A stretch of 62,901 nt of DNA, counting the filler, from Octopus bimaculoides (taxonomy: Eukaryota): the NCBI RefSeq assembly GCF_001194135.2. It is 5 parts of 4 records of this genome, joined end to end, with 100 filler letters (N's around TTAATTAATTAA, not from the genome) between each part and the next. Parts side by side here need not be neighbours in the genome. Positions count along the whole stretch, not along the records: positions 1 to 14,785 come from NC_068998.1; positions 14,886 to 23,867 come from NC_069008.1; positions 23,968 to 39,175 come from NC_068998.1; 2 more parts are not named here. One strand, written 5' to 3'. This document shows positions 13,874-25,379 of the stretch, one piece after another. Below the pieces are notes generated by a model. The model was not told the DNA's origin. It did no database searches and saw only the letters and a list, made by a program, of their open reading frames with translations. The position numbers and the translations under genes are program-made. The first letter of the stretch is position 1, and each line of letters opens with the position of its first letter.

Positions 13874-14636
13874 CNNNNNNNNNNNNNNNNNNNNNNNNNN
13901 NNNNNNNNNNNNNNNNNNNNNNNNNNNNNNNNNNNNNNNNNNNNNNNNNNNNNNNNNNNNNNNNNNNNNNNNNNNNNNNNNNNNNNNNNNNNNNNNNNNN
14001 NNNNNNNNNNNNAGTTTGACCAAAGGAACCGGCTTTTGCAAGCAAAAGTAAATACAGAAAAAAGCGCATTTGGCCAAATTTGGACATACGACAGTTTAAC
14101 ATAATAGCAATGATATATATATATATATATATACATGTGTGTATTTGTGTGTGTGTGTGTGTGTGTGGATGCACGTATGTATGTATGTATGTATGTATGT
14201 ATGTATGTATGTATGTATATATAATGCGTCTATATGTTGTTTTTGTATGATGGATTATGTCTTGCAGTTAACAAGTCTTATTAGCGTTTGATAAGATAAA
14301 AAAACAAACATATACACACACATATGAACACTCACACGCATATTTATATACGCGCAGATAATATATACATTAGCAATAGGAGCGGCACCTGTGACCTTAA
14401 CAGGGCCTCTGAGACAAGTTCTATACACACACACAAACACACATACACACACACACACACACACATACACAAACGTATATTCATAGATGTACACTCCCGT
14501 AAGAACGATGTGTGTATACTTTTAGGTATATAATTCCTTAATGATTGCCACTTGTGGATTCACGTGCGTGTGGCAAAAATATATATGCATAAATGTGTGC
14601 TATGAGTGTGTATGCGTCTGTATACGTACACACACA

Positions 14637-14690
<54 letters not shown>

Positions 14691-14785
14691 TTCATAAACA
14701 CACCCACATATAAATATACAAGCATATATTCATATATTCATACATACATATACACGCATACCCTAACAAGGAAGCACTCAAAAAA

Positions 14786-14885
14786 NNNNNNNNNNNNNNN
14801 NNNNNNNNNNNNNNNNNNNNNNNNNNNNNTTAATTAATTAANNNNNNNNNNNNNNNNNNNNNNNNNNNNNNNNNNNNNNNNNNNN
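14786..14885. other. Artificial scaffold-joining spacer
   Basis: 44 N + TTAATTAATTAA (14830-14841) + 44 N; the 12-mer has stops in all six frames. Confidence 0.95.
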
Positions 14886-14901
14886 TTTTACTCTTGAAGA
14901 T

Positions 14902-17190
14902 ATGCCTAAAGATAAAAGAAAACCATCACGTGAATTTAATATCTGTGAAAAGTCTGTCTCCCAGAATGGTAACCGACTTAAACATAAGCGTATTCATACA
15001 GGGAAGAAACAATATTGCTGCAATATCTGTGGGAAATCATTCTCTGTACGTAGTAGCTTAACATCTCACCGACGAATTCATACGGGAGAGAAGCCATATG
15101 GATGTGATATCTGTGGCAAATCATTCTCTCAGAATGGACACCTAACTAAACACAAGCGTACTCATACAGGAGAGAAACCATATCATTGTGATATGTGTGG
15201 TAAATCATTCTCTGGCAATAGTGCATTTACATCTCACCAACGTATACATACAGGAGAGAAGCCATATCACTGTGGCATTTGTGGTAAATCATTCTCTCGA
15301 TGTGATGCTTTCAATTCTCACAAGCGAATTCATACAGGAGAGAAACCATATTGCTGTAATATCTGTGGTAAATCATTCTCTCAAGGTAATGACTTAACTA
15401 AGCACAAACGAATACATACCGGAGAGAAACCGTATCACTGTGATATCTGTGGTAAATCATTCTCTGTGAAAGGAAGCCTAACTACACACAAACGTATTCA
15501 TACAGGAGAGAAGCCATATCATTGTAGCATTTGTGGTAAATCTTTCAGCAGAAATACTTCCTTAACTTCTCACAAAGTGATTCATAAAGGAGAGAAGCCA
15601 TATCAGTGTGATATCTGTAATAAATCATTCTCTCGATTTGAATGCTTCACTGTACACAAGCGTTTACATACAGGAGAAAAGCCATATCTGTGTAATATCT
15701 GTGGTAAAGCGTTCACTGCAGGTTCTAACTTAGGAAGACACAAATGTATTCATACAGGAGAGAAACTATATCACTGTAATATCTGTGGTAAATCATTCTG
15801 TGGAAGTAATGCCTTAAAAGTACATAAATGTATTCATACAGGAGAGAAGCCATATTTCTGTGATATCTGTGGCAAATCATTCTGTCAAAATGATGCCTTA
15901 AAAGTACATAAGCGTATTCATACAGGAGAGAAGCCATACAGTTGTGATATCTGTGGTAAATCATTTCTTCAAAATATTCACTTAACTAGGCACAAACGTA
16001 TTCATACAGGAGAGAAACCATATTGCTGTAATATCTGTGGTAAATCATTCGCTGGAAGTAGTGCATTAAGTGCACACAAACGTATTCATACAGGAGAGAA
16101 GCCATACCAGTGTGACATTTGTACGAAATCATTCTCTCAAAGTAGTAGTTTAAGAGTACACAAACGTGTTCATACAGGAAAGAAGCCATTTCAGTGTGAT
16201 ATTTGTAAGAAATCATTCTCTGACAGTAGTAGTTTAATAACACACAAGTATATTCATACAGGAGCGAAGCCATTTGAATGTGATATTTGTGAGAAGTCAT
16301 TCTCTCAAAGTAGTAATTTAATGACACACAAGCGTAGTCATACGGGTGAGAAGCCATATCAGTGTGATATCTGCAGTAAATCATTCTCGGTAAGTTGTAG
16401 CTTAAAATCACATAAACGTATTCATACAGGAGAGAAACCTTATCACTGTAATATCTGTGGTAAATCATTCTCTGTAAATTGTAGCTTAACAATACATAAA
16501 CGTATTCATACAGGAGAGAAGCCGTATAAATGTGATATTTGTAGCAGACCATTTTCTCAACATCGTGATTTAAGTGTACACAAGCGGATTCATACAGGAG
16601 AGAAGCCATATCACTGTAATATCTGTGGTAAATCATTCGCTGGAAGTGGTGCATTAACTACACACAAACGTATTCATACAGGAGAGAAGCCATACCAGTG
16701 TGATATCTGCAATAAATCTTTCTCTCGGAATGGCAATTTGACTACTCACAAACGTACTCATACAGGAGAAAAGCCATTTCAATGTGATATTTGTAAGAAG
16801 TCATTCTCTGACAGTAGTAGTTTAATAATACACAAGCGTATTCATACAGGAGCGAAGCCATTTGAATGTGATATTTGTGAGAAGTCATTCTCTCAAAGTA
16901 CTACTTTAATAATGCACAAGCGTAGTCACACAGGTGAGAAGCCATATCAGTGTGATATCTGCAGTAAATCGTTCTCCGTAAGATGTAGCTTAACAGTGCA
17001 TAAACGTATTCATACAGGAGAGAGACCATATCAGTGCAATATCTGTAGTAAATCATTCTCTGTAAGTTGTAGCTTAACCTCACATAAACGTATTCATACA
17101 GGAGTGAAGCCATATAAATGTGATAGTTGTAGCAGATCGTTTTCTCAACTTAGTAATTTAGAAGTACACAAACGTGTTCATACAGGATAG
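14902..17190 (+). CDS. Tandem C2H2 zinc-finger protein: 26 intact fingers plus one degenerate N-terminal finger (762 aa ORF; probably a large terminal exon)
   Basis: Uninterrupted ORF of 28-aa CxxC..F..L..HxxxH units with TGEKP linkers. It is preceded by TTTTACTCTTGAAG, a possible splice acceptor, right after the spacer, so the true N-terminus may be missing. Confidence 0.93.
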   Translation: MPKDKRKPSREFNICEKSVSQNGNRLKHKRIHTGKKQYCCNICGKSFSVRSSLTSHRRIHTGEKPYGCDICGKSFSQNGHLTKHKRTHTGEKPYHCDMCGKSFSGNSAFTSHQRIHTGEKPYHCGICGKSFSRCDAFNSHKRIHTGEKPYCCNICGKSFSQGNDLTKHKRIHTGEKPYHCDICGKSFSVKGSLTTHKRIHTGEKPYHCSICGKSFSRNTSLTSHKVIHKGEKPYQCDICNKSFSRFECFTVHKRLHTGEKPYLCNICGKAFTAGSNLGRHKCIHTGEKLYHCNICGKSFCGSNALKVHKCIHTGEKPYFCDICGKSFCQNDALKVHKRIHTGEKPYSCDICGKSFLQNIHLTRHKRIHTGEKPYCCNICGKSFAGSSALSAHKRIHTGEKPYQCDICTKSFSQSSSLRVHKRVHTGKKPFQCDICKKSFSDSSSLITHKYIHTGAKPFECDICEKSFSQSSNLMTHKRSHTGEKPYQCDICSKSFSVSCSLKSHKRIHTGEKPYHCNICGKSFSVNCSLTIHKRIHTGEKPYKCDICSRPFSQHRDLSVHKRIHTGEKPYHCNICGKSFAGSGALTTHKRIHTGEKPYQCDICNKSFSRNGNLTTHKRTHTGEKPFQCDICKKSFSDSSSLIIHKRIHTGAKPFECDICEKSFSQSTTLIMHKRSHTGEKPYQCDICSKSFSVRCSLTVHKRIHTGERPYQCNICSKSFSVSCSLTSHKRIHTGVKPYKCDSCSRSFSQLSNLEVHKRVHTG

Positions 17191-17265
17191 AAACCACACC
17201 ACTGATACTTGTGGTAAATCATTCTCCCAGCGTCAAGACTTAAGGGGTCGTATATGTATCCAGAT
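17191..17265 (+). pseudogene. Decayed extra zinc finger beyond the stop codon
   Basis: TAG occupies the E of TGEKP. It is followed by K-P-H-H, a 2-nt deletion, then D-T-C-G-K-S-F-S-Q-R-Q-D-L. Confidence 0.8.
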
Positions 17266-18019
17266 AAAAGTGTAACTGTATCAATGTGGAACTTCTTAAC
17301 AACAGCAAACATTCAAGTTCCTCCCCAAGTGAGGAGGGCTTATCTATGTGAACTTTACCCGTGACAACAACCAAGCTGCTCATCATTGGCTCTCTTTCTG
17401 AAGTAGTCTTTCACAGCTATTTGAACTTTTAATGATGCCAACCTTTTTTATNNNNNNNNNNTTCTTTCTTCCTCTGAAAATTTAAAAACAAACACCCTCT
17501 TCTATAATTAAATGTATTTACATTGGAGAGGAGATATAACAGTAATAACAGCCTTCCCACACTGTTTTATATTAACACAACTGAACACTGTTGAGGTAAC
17601 TTCCCTCTGTGATAGTTTTAATAAAAGCAATTTCCTCCAGATTTTGAATTTGTTTACTGTGTTTAAAACCAATATTGTTATATTTGTGAAGAATCAATTG
17701 GTAAAGTCTATAAACCAGGCACCTGCTGACAGTAATTACTCAGGGTAGGCAGTTGGTGACGTTTATGTCGTAAAACACAAAAGAAATAAAATAAAGTAAC
17801 TGAGTTGGAGGCTGATTTACTTCTACCTTTATAGTACGTAAAGAAAATGTAGGAATGTACGCAACACGTGTACAGCAGCAGTACTATGTATAACTTTAAT
17901 ACTGTGATTGAAAGCAGCTTTTGATGTTGAACAAAATCCTTGCAAAACACAGGAATCTTTTGCCTACAAATATGAAGCATTATATCATATTATTATATTA
18001 AAAATTTCCACAATGCAAG

Positions 18020-18238
18020 ACTAGAAGTTTAAGGTGTTTTGGATTGCAAGTGAGAGTATCAGGGAAAATTGTGATGTTGGAGAGAAGTGCATTTGCATGT
18101 ATGATGGTTGACTTGGAGTTATTGACTCCGCAAAGAAAGAAGCTTGGAAGTGCTACTATAAAAGACTGCTAAATGTAGGGAATGCATGGGCAAAGTAGAG
18201 TCTGTCTAACGTGAATCCAACAGATGGACCAGCTATCA
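18020..18238 (+). mobile_element. RTE-clade LINE ORF2 internal fragment
   Basis: Reads approximately VFWIASESIRENCDVGEKCI..DG.LGVIDSAKKEAWKCYYKRLLNVGNAW..SLSNVNPTDGPAI, typical of the RTE endonuclease-RT linker; degenerate. Confidence 0.6.
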
Positions 18239-18239
18239 T

Positions 18240-18630
18240 AATGGACACCTAACTAAACAAATGTATTCATACTAAAGAGAAGCCATATTGCTGATATTTG
18301 TGGTAAATCATTCTGTGAAAATGATCAGTTAACTACACATATGCATTCATACACTACAGAAGCCATATCACTGTGGTGTTTGTGAGAAATCGTTCTCTGG
18401 AGGAAGTGCTTTATATTTTCACAAGCATATTCATACAGGAGAAAAGCCATATTTCTGTGATATTTGTGGTAAATCATACTCTATACATAGTAGCTTAACA
18501 TCTCACCAACGTATACATACAGGAGGGAGACCACATTACTGCAGTGTTTGTGGTAAATCATGTTGTGGAAGTAGTGCTTTAATTTCTCGCAAGCAAATTC
18601 ATACAGAAGAGAAGCCTTATTATTGTGATA
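18240..18630 (+). pseudogene. Decayed C2H2 zinc-finger array (about 4-5 fingers)
   Basis: Includes [60 protein letters not shown] plus upstream frameshifted fingers. It ends in (TA)n and a SINE. Confidence 0.85.
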
Positions 18631-18652
18631 TATATATATGTATATATGCTGA

Positions 18653-18958
18653 AACTCCCTTTGGTCATGACTGACCATGGGATTGCACAAGTCCAGGCAA
18701 GTTTGTTTATGGAAGACCAGCAGTTGCCCACACATACCGGCCTCTCCTCTCCACGCCACCAGTGTTATCCAAGGGAAAGGCAAAGGGGCCGATACAGCTT
18801 GGCACCAGTGACGTCGCAACTCATTTCTACAGCTGAGTGAACTGGAACAATGTGAAATCAAGTGTCTTGCTCAAGAACACAACATGCTGCCCAATCCGGG
18901 ATTTGAACTCACAACTTCACAATTGTAAGCTCAATGCTCTAACCACTGTGCCATGCGC
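18653..18958 (-). mobile_element. tRNA-derived SINE with CORE-like central domain
   Basis: Minus strand: TGGCACAGTGG A box, GAGTTCAAATCC B box, then CTTGAGCAAGACACTT...CACTCAGCTGTAGAAATGAG, which resembles the CORE domain. Confidence 0.75.
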
Positions 18959-20161
18959 ATAACAAATCTTACAATCATTGCCAAATGCTGACTATAAACA
19001 ATTGCAAAAATAAAATTCTTCATCTCCATAGGACATTTGAATTAAAGCATGGAGCTTCATCAGAGTAAAAAAACAAGAGCATCCACTGAGACCCTTGCAG
19101 GTATTCAAATAAACAACCCCTCCTCTTACCCTATTCCAAAGTTTAGATTTTACCCCCCCACCCATATCAGCTACCTACTTCTTATACCAATTTGCCTTTG
19201 CCCCCATATTATTATCACCTAACCCCATGTATTAATGCCAGTTATTATTGTCATAGCTTATTTGTGAACACAAAGGCCCTAAGTTTTCTACCATATAGTC
19301 TTTTACCCCTAATAACTGATTCAAATCCTAAATTTTATTTAAATTTCAATCTTAGTTTTTTCTATCTTGTTTTCTTTCTGTACCCTCTAGCACCTTCTAT
19401 ACCAAAGATGTATTTGTCTGCACTTGCTGGAATTTAGACTTAATTCACTACTAACTTTTTCTTTCCTCCATTCACTCTCCTTCTGCCACTTTAGATGGAC
19501 ATTAATAGCCCTACACATTTAGGAACAATATTACCCCCATGTTTGATTTATTCATCATATTTCAGTTTATTTTATTTTATTCCATGTTATTTTTTTCTTC
19601 ATTTTATTGTCGTCTATGTCCACCTTCCCCCAATATACATTGTATGTGTCTACTTGTTTTTGGTACTATGTTAGTTGGGCTTACTAGGAGATATTTTTAA
19701 AAATTTGATTTACTATGTAGAACTGTAAGTGTAGCCTTTTGATTGAAATTGTATGTATGCACCCACTTAGAGTTAATATATTATTTGATTATAATTTTTA
19801 AGTTATTAGATTTAATGATAGGAACAATCTAGTTTTAGAGTAACGTAGTATAAGCACAGCCTGTTGATTGTAATACTATTTTCTGCACCCAATTTGAGTT
19901 AATATACCTTTAGTTTATAATTTCTAATTATTAGTAATAACATTCTAATCTTAGGGTAATTGTAATTGCTTTTTAAGTATGTTTAGTAAATTGTTTGAAT
20001 TAAGGTAACTTTACTCATAGTACTAAATTGCCAGTGGACCCAGTATTAATTGTACCCATATCCTCTTAAATGCTTAAGTAACATAAAGGTGGCCTGTTGT
20101 GGTTGTAATAGTAATGATTGGAAGTGTTCTGAATAAATTCATGGGTAGTGACTTCTGAATA

Positions 20162-21678
20162 CAGACTGTCCTCATTTAACGACCGAGTTACGTTACAACA
20201 GACCCGTCATTAAACAAATATTCATAGGGTACGAATTTTTTTTTATGGGTATAGTGTACTGTACGTACATATAAAAACAGAATACCGTACTGTATAAAGT
20301 ATATGCAGTACAGGGCCAAGAATCACTAACATAAATTGTTGAAAAATGAATAAGTAACAGTCAGATTATCACAAGGAAAACCTTAAAAGTTAGGATATGG
20401 ACACTGTATTATTGTAGCTCAGACATTATAAGTAAGTTTGTGATTCCAGGCCCAGTACATAAGATGCCTAATAAACTTTTCTCAGGATTATATAGAAAAG
20501 GTGAAAAGGTTTAAAGGAAACTCAAACATAATAACTTTGTTTTATTTTGGATAAAGATTACAAAAGCAACTCATTCTTGACATCAAAATGCATGAAAAAT
20601 CCCGTCAGTGTTGTTTGCTTTGTTATTTTCTTTTTTTTCATCATAAATTTCTCGATAACATCGGAACAGTTCAGTTGTCTGGACGATAGCCACTATCTAC
20701 GATCATTTTGTCGAAATCTTGAACGAACTTCTCTNNNNNNNNNNNNNNNNNNNNNNNNNNNNNNNNNNNNNNNNNNNNNNNNNNNNNNNNNNNNNNNNNN
20801 NNNNNNNNNNNNNNNNNNNNNNNNNNNNNNNNNNNNNNNNNNNNNNNNNNNNNNNNNNNNNNNNNNNNNNNNNNNNNNNNNNNNNNNNNNNNNNNNNNNN
20901 NNNNNNNNNNNNNNNNNNNNNNNNNNNNNNNNNNNNNNNNNNNNNNNNNNNNNNNNNNNNNNNNNNNNNNNNNNNNNNNNNNNNNNNNNNNNNNNNNNNN
21001 NNNNNNNNNNNNNNNNNNNNNNNNNNNNNNNNNNNNNNNNNNNNNNNNNNNNNNNNNNNNNNNNNNNNNNNNNNNNNNNNNNNNNNNNNNNNNNNNNNNN
21101 NNNNNNNNNNNNNNNNNNNNNNNNNNNNNNNNNNNNNNNNNNNNNNNNNNNNNNNNNNNNNNNNNNNNNNNNNNNNNNNNNNNNNNNNNNNNNNNNNNNN
21201 NNNNNNNNNNNNNNNNNNNNNNNNNNNNNNNNNNNNNNNNNNNNNNNNNNNNNNNNCTCTGCGATAGCTCTCACCTTTTTCCCGCCTTCGTAGTCTGTAA
21301 TGATTTTCATTTTCGTGTCAAGGTCAATAGCTCTCCGTTGTTTCTTGGCGCTTCCTGCTGCAGGTGAAGATGTATTCTTCCTCTTTGGAAGCATCTTATA
21401 GTATGGGGTGCAAGAGATAATGGAAAAAAGAGACGAAATAGTAATATAGGTACAGAGAGCGTCACTGTGTTGCCTGGCTGACCACAGGCGTGAGAGCGAG
21501 CGAGCGTGTCAGAGGGTGAGGCTGGGTGCTCGGGATGCGCTGCCGTCACAACGGCAGTTCTCGTACAGCGCACAATACGACAGTTAAAGTATTAAAGTTT
21601 TTATATTTTGTAAAATATGTAATGACGACTTGTAAAGTTCGTTGTAACTCCGAGTGGTCATTAAATGAGGACAGTCTG
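20162..21678 (-). mobile_element. Tigger/pogo-family DNA transposon (centre in N gap)
   Basis: 23-bp TIRs with 1 mismatch (20162-20184 CAGACTGTCCTCATTTAACGACC; 21656-21678) and TA on both sides. The ORF from 21394 reads MLPKRKNTSS..KKQRRAIDLDTKMKIITDYEGGKK (CENP-B-type HTH start), and the C-terminus has CYREIYDEKK. Confidence 0.9.
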
Positions 21679-21744
21679 TATATCGTTTTTGATATTTGTA
21701 TGGGTATTACTCTTAGGCCCTTGTAATAGTGTCATTTGTGGTGG

Positions 21745-22200
21745 ACGCATTTAAAAGGGGTTTATATTTTGTGATAAATATGACTCTACTAATGCGGTGA
21801 CTACAAGTCGCATCGTCCCTGAATTTATAGAGGGGAAAAATTCTGAAGCTGGATTGTTTGTTAGTGGCGCAAATGTTGATGTGTTCGCTGAATGCTATTT
21901 TTCTGTATTCCCGAATTTTGATCTGGAATCTATGTAGAGCCAGCCTTTGATGTAGACTGTTTTTGATTTGGCCTATGTATTGCTCTCGACACCCAGAGCA
22001 ACTTCATACATATATTAGATTCTCCACAGCACATGTGAAGCTGTTTTTCACTGCAAAACGTTGAACCTGTTTGAAAGAGAACTCCGATCCCTCAATTAGG
22101 TTGACACATATACCACAGTTAGGTCTTCAGCATTTTTTTACTGACGGCTTAAGTGTTGTTGTCAAGCATACAACTCAACATCCATGAACTCAGGCATCTC
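21745..22200 (-). mobile_element. Penelope-like element, decayed GIY-YIG endonuclease
   Basis: Minus strand reads PNCGICVNLIEGSEFSF..FAVKNSFTCAVENLIYV*SCSGCREQYIGQIKNSLHQRLALHRFQI..AFSEHINICA..FRIF/PLYKF..R..FITKYKPLLN. Confidence 0.85.
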
Positions 22201-22269
22201 AGATTAAAGAAGGATTTACAACGTAAATACCATACATCTCCACACACAGCCCTCTTAACAATGAAGCTT

Positions 22270-22740
22270 TCGACACTATTTTAAATTGGCGCAATTTTCA
22301 CCTTCTTCATTTTCCATAGCCAAGCTATTTCGTACTTAAGAAGGTTGTATTTATCTATCTTTTTACTTTCCTCTTGACTATTCTTGGGTCAAAGGGGCAT
22401 GCAACATCAACTATATAGCATATGTGGTGCACATTGTCCACCACCACTAGGTCGAGTCTGTTATGCTTTAGCACCTGATCTGTTTGGATTGGGAAATCCT
22501 AGAAGATTTTGCTAGTCTCTGACTTCACAATTCTCTGCAGTTTGTGCTCATACCACATCTTGCCTCTCTCTAGCCCCCACTTTTTGCACCGTTTCCAATG
22601 TAGCACTTTTGCAACAACTTGTAGTAGTTTTGGGCAATTTAGGGCATTCATTCATGATATGGGCTAAGACACTTGCATATTCCTAAGGTTGACTCTCCAG
22701 TTCATGGCCAAAGCTTGGTCACATACTACCAGAACATTCC
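22270..22740 (-). mobile_element. RLE-bearing non-LTR retrotransposon (R4/Dong-like) C-terminal fragment
   Basis: Minus strand reads AHIMNECPKL..VAKVLHWKRCKKWGL..WYEHK..KIF*DFPIQTDQVLKHNRLDLVVVD..CYIVDVACPFDPRI..KIDKYNLLKYEIAWLWKMKKV: a CCHC remnant plus a PD..D restriction-like endonuclease. Confidence 0.85.
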
Positions 22741-22744
22741 CATA

Positions 22745-23850
22745 CTAAAAAGGGACTACAGGAACAAAGATTAACCGGGAAAAGTCGGTCGGCTTGCAGC
22801 TCGGCACTTGGGCTGGCAAGTCGATGCCTTCAGACAGCGTTGTTGGACGCTGGACAGAGGGACCGGTTAAGTTGCTTGGACTCTTGTTTGGACCAGGCCT
22901 CCAGGTAGAGAAGAACTGGATGGAGGTTTCGAGCAGGGTGGCTGCAGTAGTTAAGACCTGGTCTTGGCGGTGGCTATCCCTGAAAGGGAGGGCGGAGGTG
23001 GCCAATGTGTTTATCGCATCAGTCATTACCTACAGCCTGACCGTCGTGCCCTGTCCAGATTCGGGTTGATCAGGTTGGAGAGACAGCTCTTTCGCTTTTT
23101 GTGGAAGGGCAGGGCGCCACTTGTGAAACGCTCTGTCTGTTGTCAAAATCCGTTAAAGGGAGATTTAGGGATGCCTTGGTTAATGATGCGCAGGCATGCG
23201 TTGAGGTTGAGGCATCTCTGGATACTCCTGGATGGTGAACGGCTGTGGTCTCCGTTGGTCAGACAAATGTTCCCCGAGTTCAAAAGTCTTTGCGAACAGG
23301 AAGCCTGGTGTTTCCGTAGACCGAGGTCGAGGGAATGGCATAAAGACTGCTGTAAGGCCCTCTTGCTATCCGGCGCTCATGCAGCGCCAGCAGTGGGGGT
23401 TCAACACAAATTTTATATAGTGGGTCGGTAGAGTCTGAATGTGACGATGGCCTGGGGGCAACTCTAGGTCTCGGGTATATTCAACTGGACAGCCTGTTCC
23501 ATCGTACATTCGGGTTGAGAACGTTGGACAACTTCCAAAAGTCCTTGACCTGGCAATATTACAGAGGTGCCTGGCCAGTTTGGGATAAGCTCGCAAGACA
23601 TGGTAAGCGTCAGTCTCCGACCTGTCCAAGATGCGGGGGAGACAGGAAAACCGTCCCTCATGCTATTGTCCAGTGTCCGTAGATATCTGAAATGTGGGTT
23701 TATGCTGAACACCTGTTGTCCGGCAAAGGAAGAGTACGGCTGTCGACTGAGTCAATTATAAAAATTGACCCATCGGAAGTTTTAACAAACGAAGGTAAGA
23801 ATTGTTTTCTCACGGTTGTAGCAATAGCGAAAGAGGCAGTATGAAAGACT
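22745..23850 (+). mobile_element. Tx1/L1-clade LINE ORF2 C-terminal fragment, degenerate
   Basis: VKLLGLLFG..EKNW..WSWRWLSLKGRAEVANVFIAS..Y, then RLERQLFRFLWKGRAPLVKR..KGDLGMP, and a later CPRCG..TVPHAIVQCP zinc-binding motif, spread across frameshifts. Confidence 0.8.
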
Positions 23851-23867
23851 AGGATGAAAGGGATTAA

Positions 23868-23967
23868 NNNNNNNNNNNNNNNNNNNNNNNNNNNNNNNNN
23901 NNNNNNNNNNNTTAATTAATTAANNNNNNNNNNNNNNNNNNNNNNNNNNNNNNNNNNNNNNNNNNNN
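23868..23967. other. Artificial scaffold-joining spacer
   Basis: 44 N + TTAATTAATTAA (23912-23923) + 44 N. Confidence 0.95.
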
Positions 23968-25264
23968 AAGTATGTGGCTCGTAGCAAACAAGCTGATGTC
24001 GACCAGAAACACACGCATCAGTGGTTACGAAGTTCAGGGCTAAAAGCAGAGAGTGAAGGTTTCATATTGGCTGCTCAAGACCAAAGCTTATTAACCCGGA
24101 ACTACCAAGCCAATGTGATAAAAAATGGAGCTGACCCAAAATGCCGATTCTGTAACGATGCGATTGAAACTATAGACCACCTAATCTCAGGGTGTAAAGT
24201 CTTAGCACCTGTAGAATATAAAGCAAGACGTGAGTCAGCCAGTATTTACACTGGACAATATGTCGGCATTATAAAATCAAAACTGTTGACAAATGGTATA
24301 AACACCATCCTGAAGCTGTGATTGAGGGAGAAAATGTGTTGATTCTCTGGGACTTCCCTGTACATACTGACAAAACTATAAAAGCTAATAAACCGGATAT
24401 TATTATAAAAGATCAGACAAAGAAGAAGTGTTTATTAATTGACATGAGTATTCCTTGTGATCATAATATAGCGGCGAAAGAATTTGACAAGATCAGTAAA
24501 TATAAAGACTTACTAATAGAAATTGAAAAAATGTGGCACCCCAAGGCGACTACTGTACCAGTGATTGTAGAATCTCTAGGAATGATAAAAAAAGGTACTG
24601 AAACCTATTTGAAAATNNNNNNNNNNNNNNNNNNNNNNNNNNNNNNNNNNNNNNNNNNNNNNNNNNNNNNNNNNNNNNNNNNNNNNNNNNNNNNNNNNNN
24701 NNNNNNNNNNNNNNNNNNNNNNNNNNNNNNNNNNNNNNNNNNNNNNNNNNNNNNNNNNNNNNNNNNNNNNNNNNNNNNNNNNNNNNNNNNNNNNNNNNNN
24801 NNNNNNNNNNNNNNNNNNNNNNNNNNNNNNNNNNNNNNNNNNNNNNNNNNNNNNNNNNNNNNNNNNNNNNNNNNNNNNNNNNNNNNNNNNNNNNNNNNNN
24901 NNNNNNNNNNNNNNNNNNNNNNNNNNNNNNNNNNNNNGGGCTGATTACTACCTAGCTCAGATACCAGGAAACCCCAAAATGGCTGAAGTCCAAAAGATAG
25001 TGCTCATGGGAACTGCCCATATCCTACGTAAAATACTGTCTATGTGATCTCAAATTTTAAAGCAAACATAATTTTCTTATGGTTTCTTAAACATTCACTT
25101 GAACAAAACTGTACAAATCCAAATATATGGTACCCTAGGCATAACACCTACATGAACTTCTAACTTGTTGTCTCTTGAGGTCTCTGGGTGAGACTTGGAT
25201 CCAACTTGTACAAATGCAAAACAAAAGTCAAACATAAAATAATAATAATAATAATAATAATAAT
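23968..25264 (+). mobile_element. R4/Dong-like RLE non-LTR retrotransposon, 3' part with (TAA)n tail
   Basis: THQWLRSSGLKAESEGFILAAQDQSL..CRFC..ETIDHLISGC../LHWTICRHY..LWDFPVHTDKTIKANKPDIIIKD..LIDMSIP..KISKYKDL. After the gap it reads IPGNPKMAEVQKIVLMGTAHILRKILSM* (about 25047), then a 3'UTR and (AAT)9 at 25238-25264. Confidence 0.9.
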
Positions 25265-25379
25265 GAAGATGATGATGATGATGATGATGATACAACATGT
25301 ATCTATAATATAATTTATAGACATAACAGCTGCAGAACCAAAAAAGAAACATTAGCAGTACAGTATTGAATATTTATGG

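Noticed and set aside
2095-14174. Long ORFs full of X and YI/HT repeats (also at 30613-31691, 54035-54981 and 60785-62244)
   Set aside because: They read through N gaps and TA/CA repeats, which lack stop codons.
15188-17113. Alternative-frame and antisense ORFs over the ZNF gene
   Set aside because: Shadows of the repetitive 84-bp finger unit.
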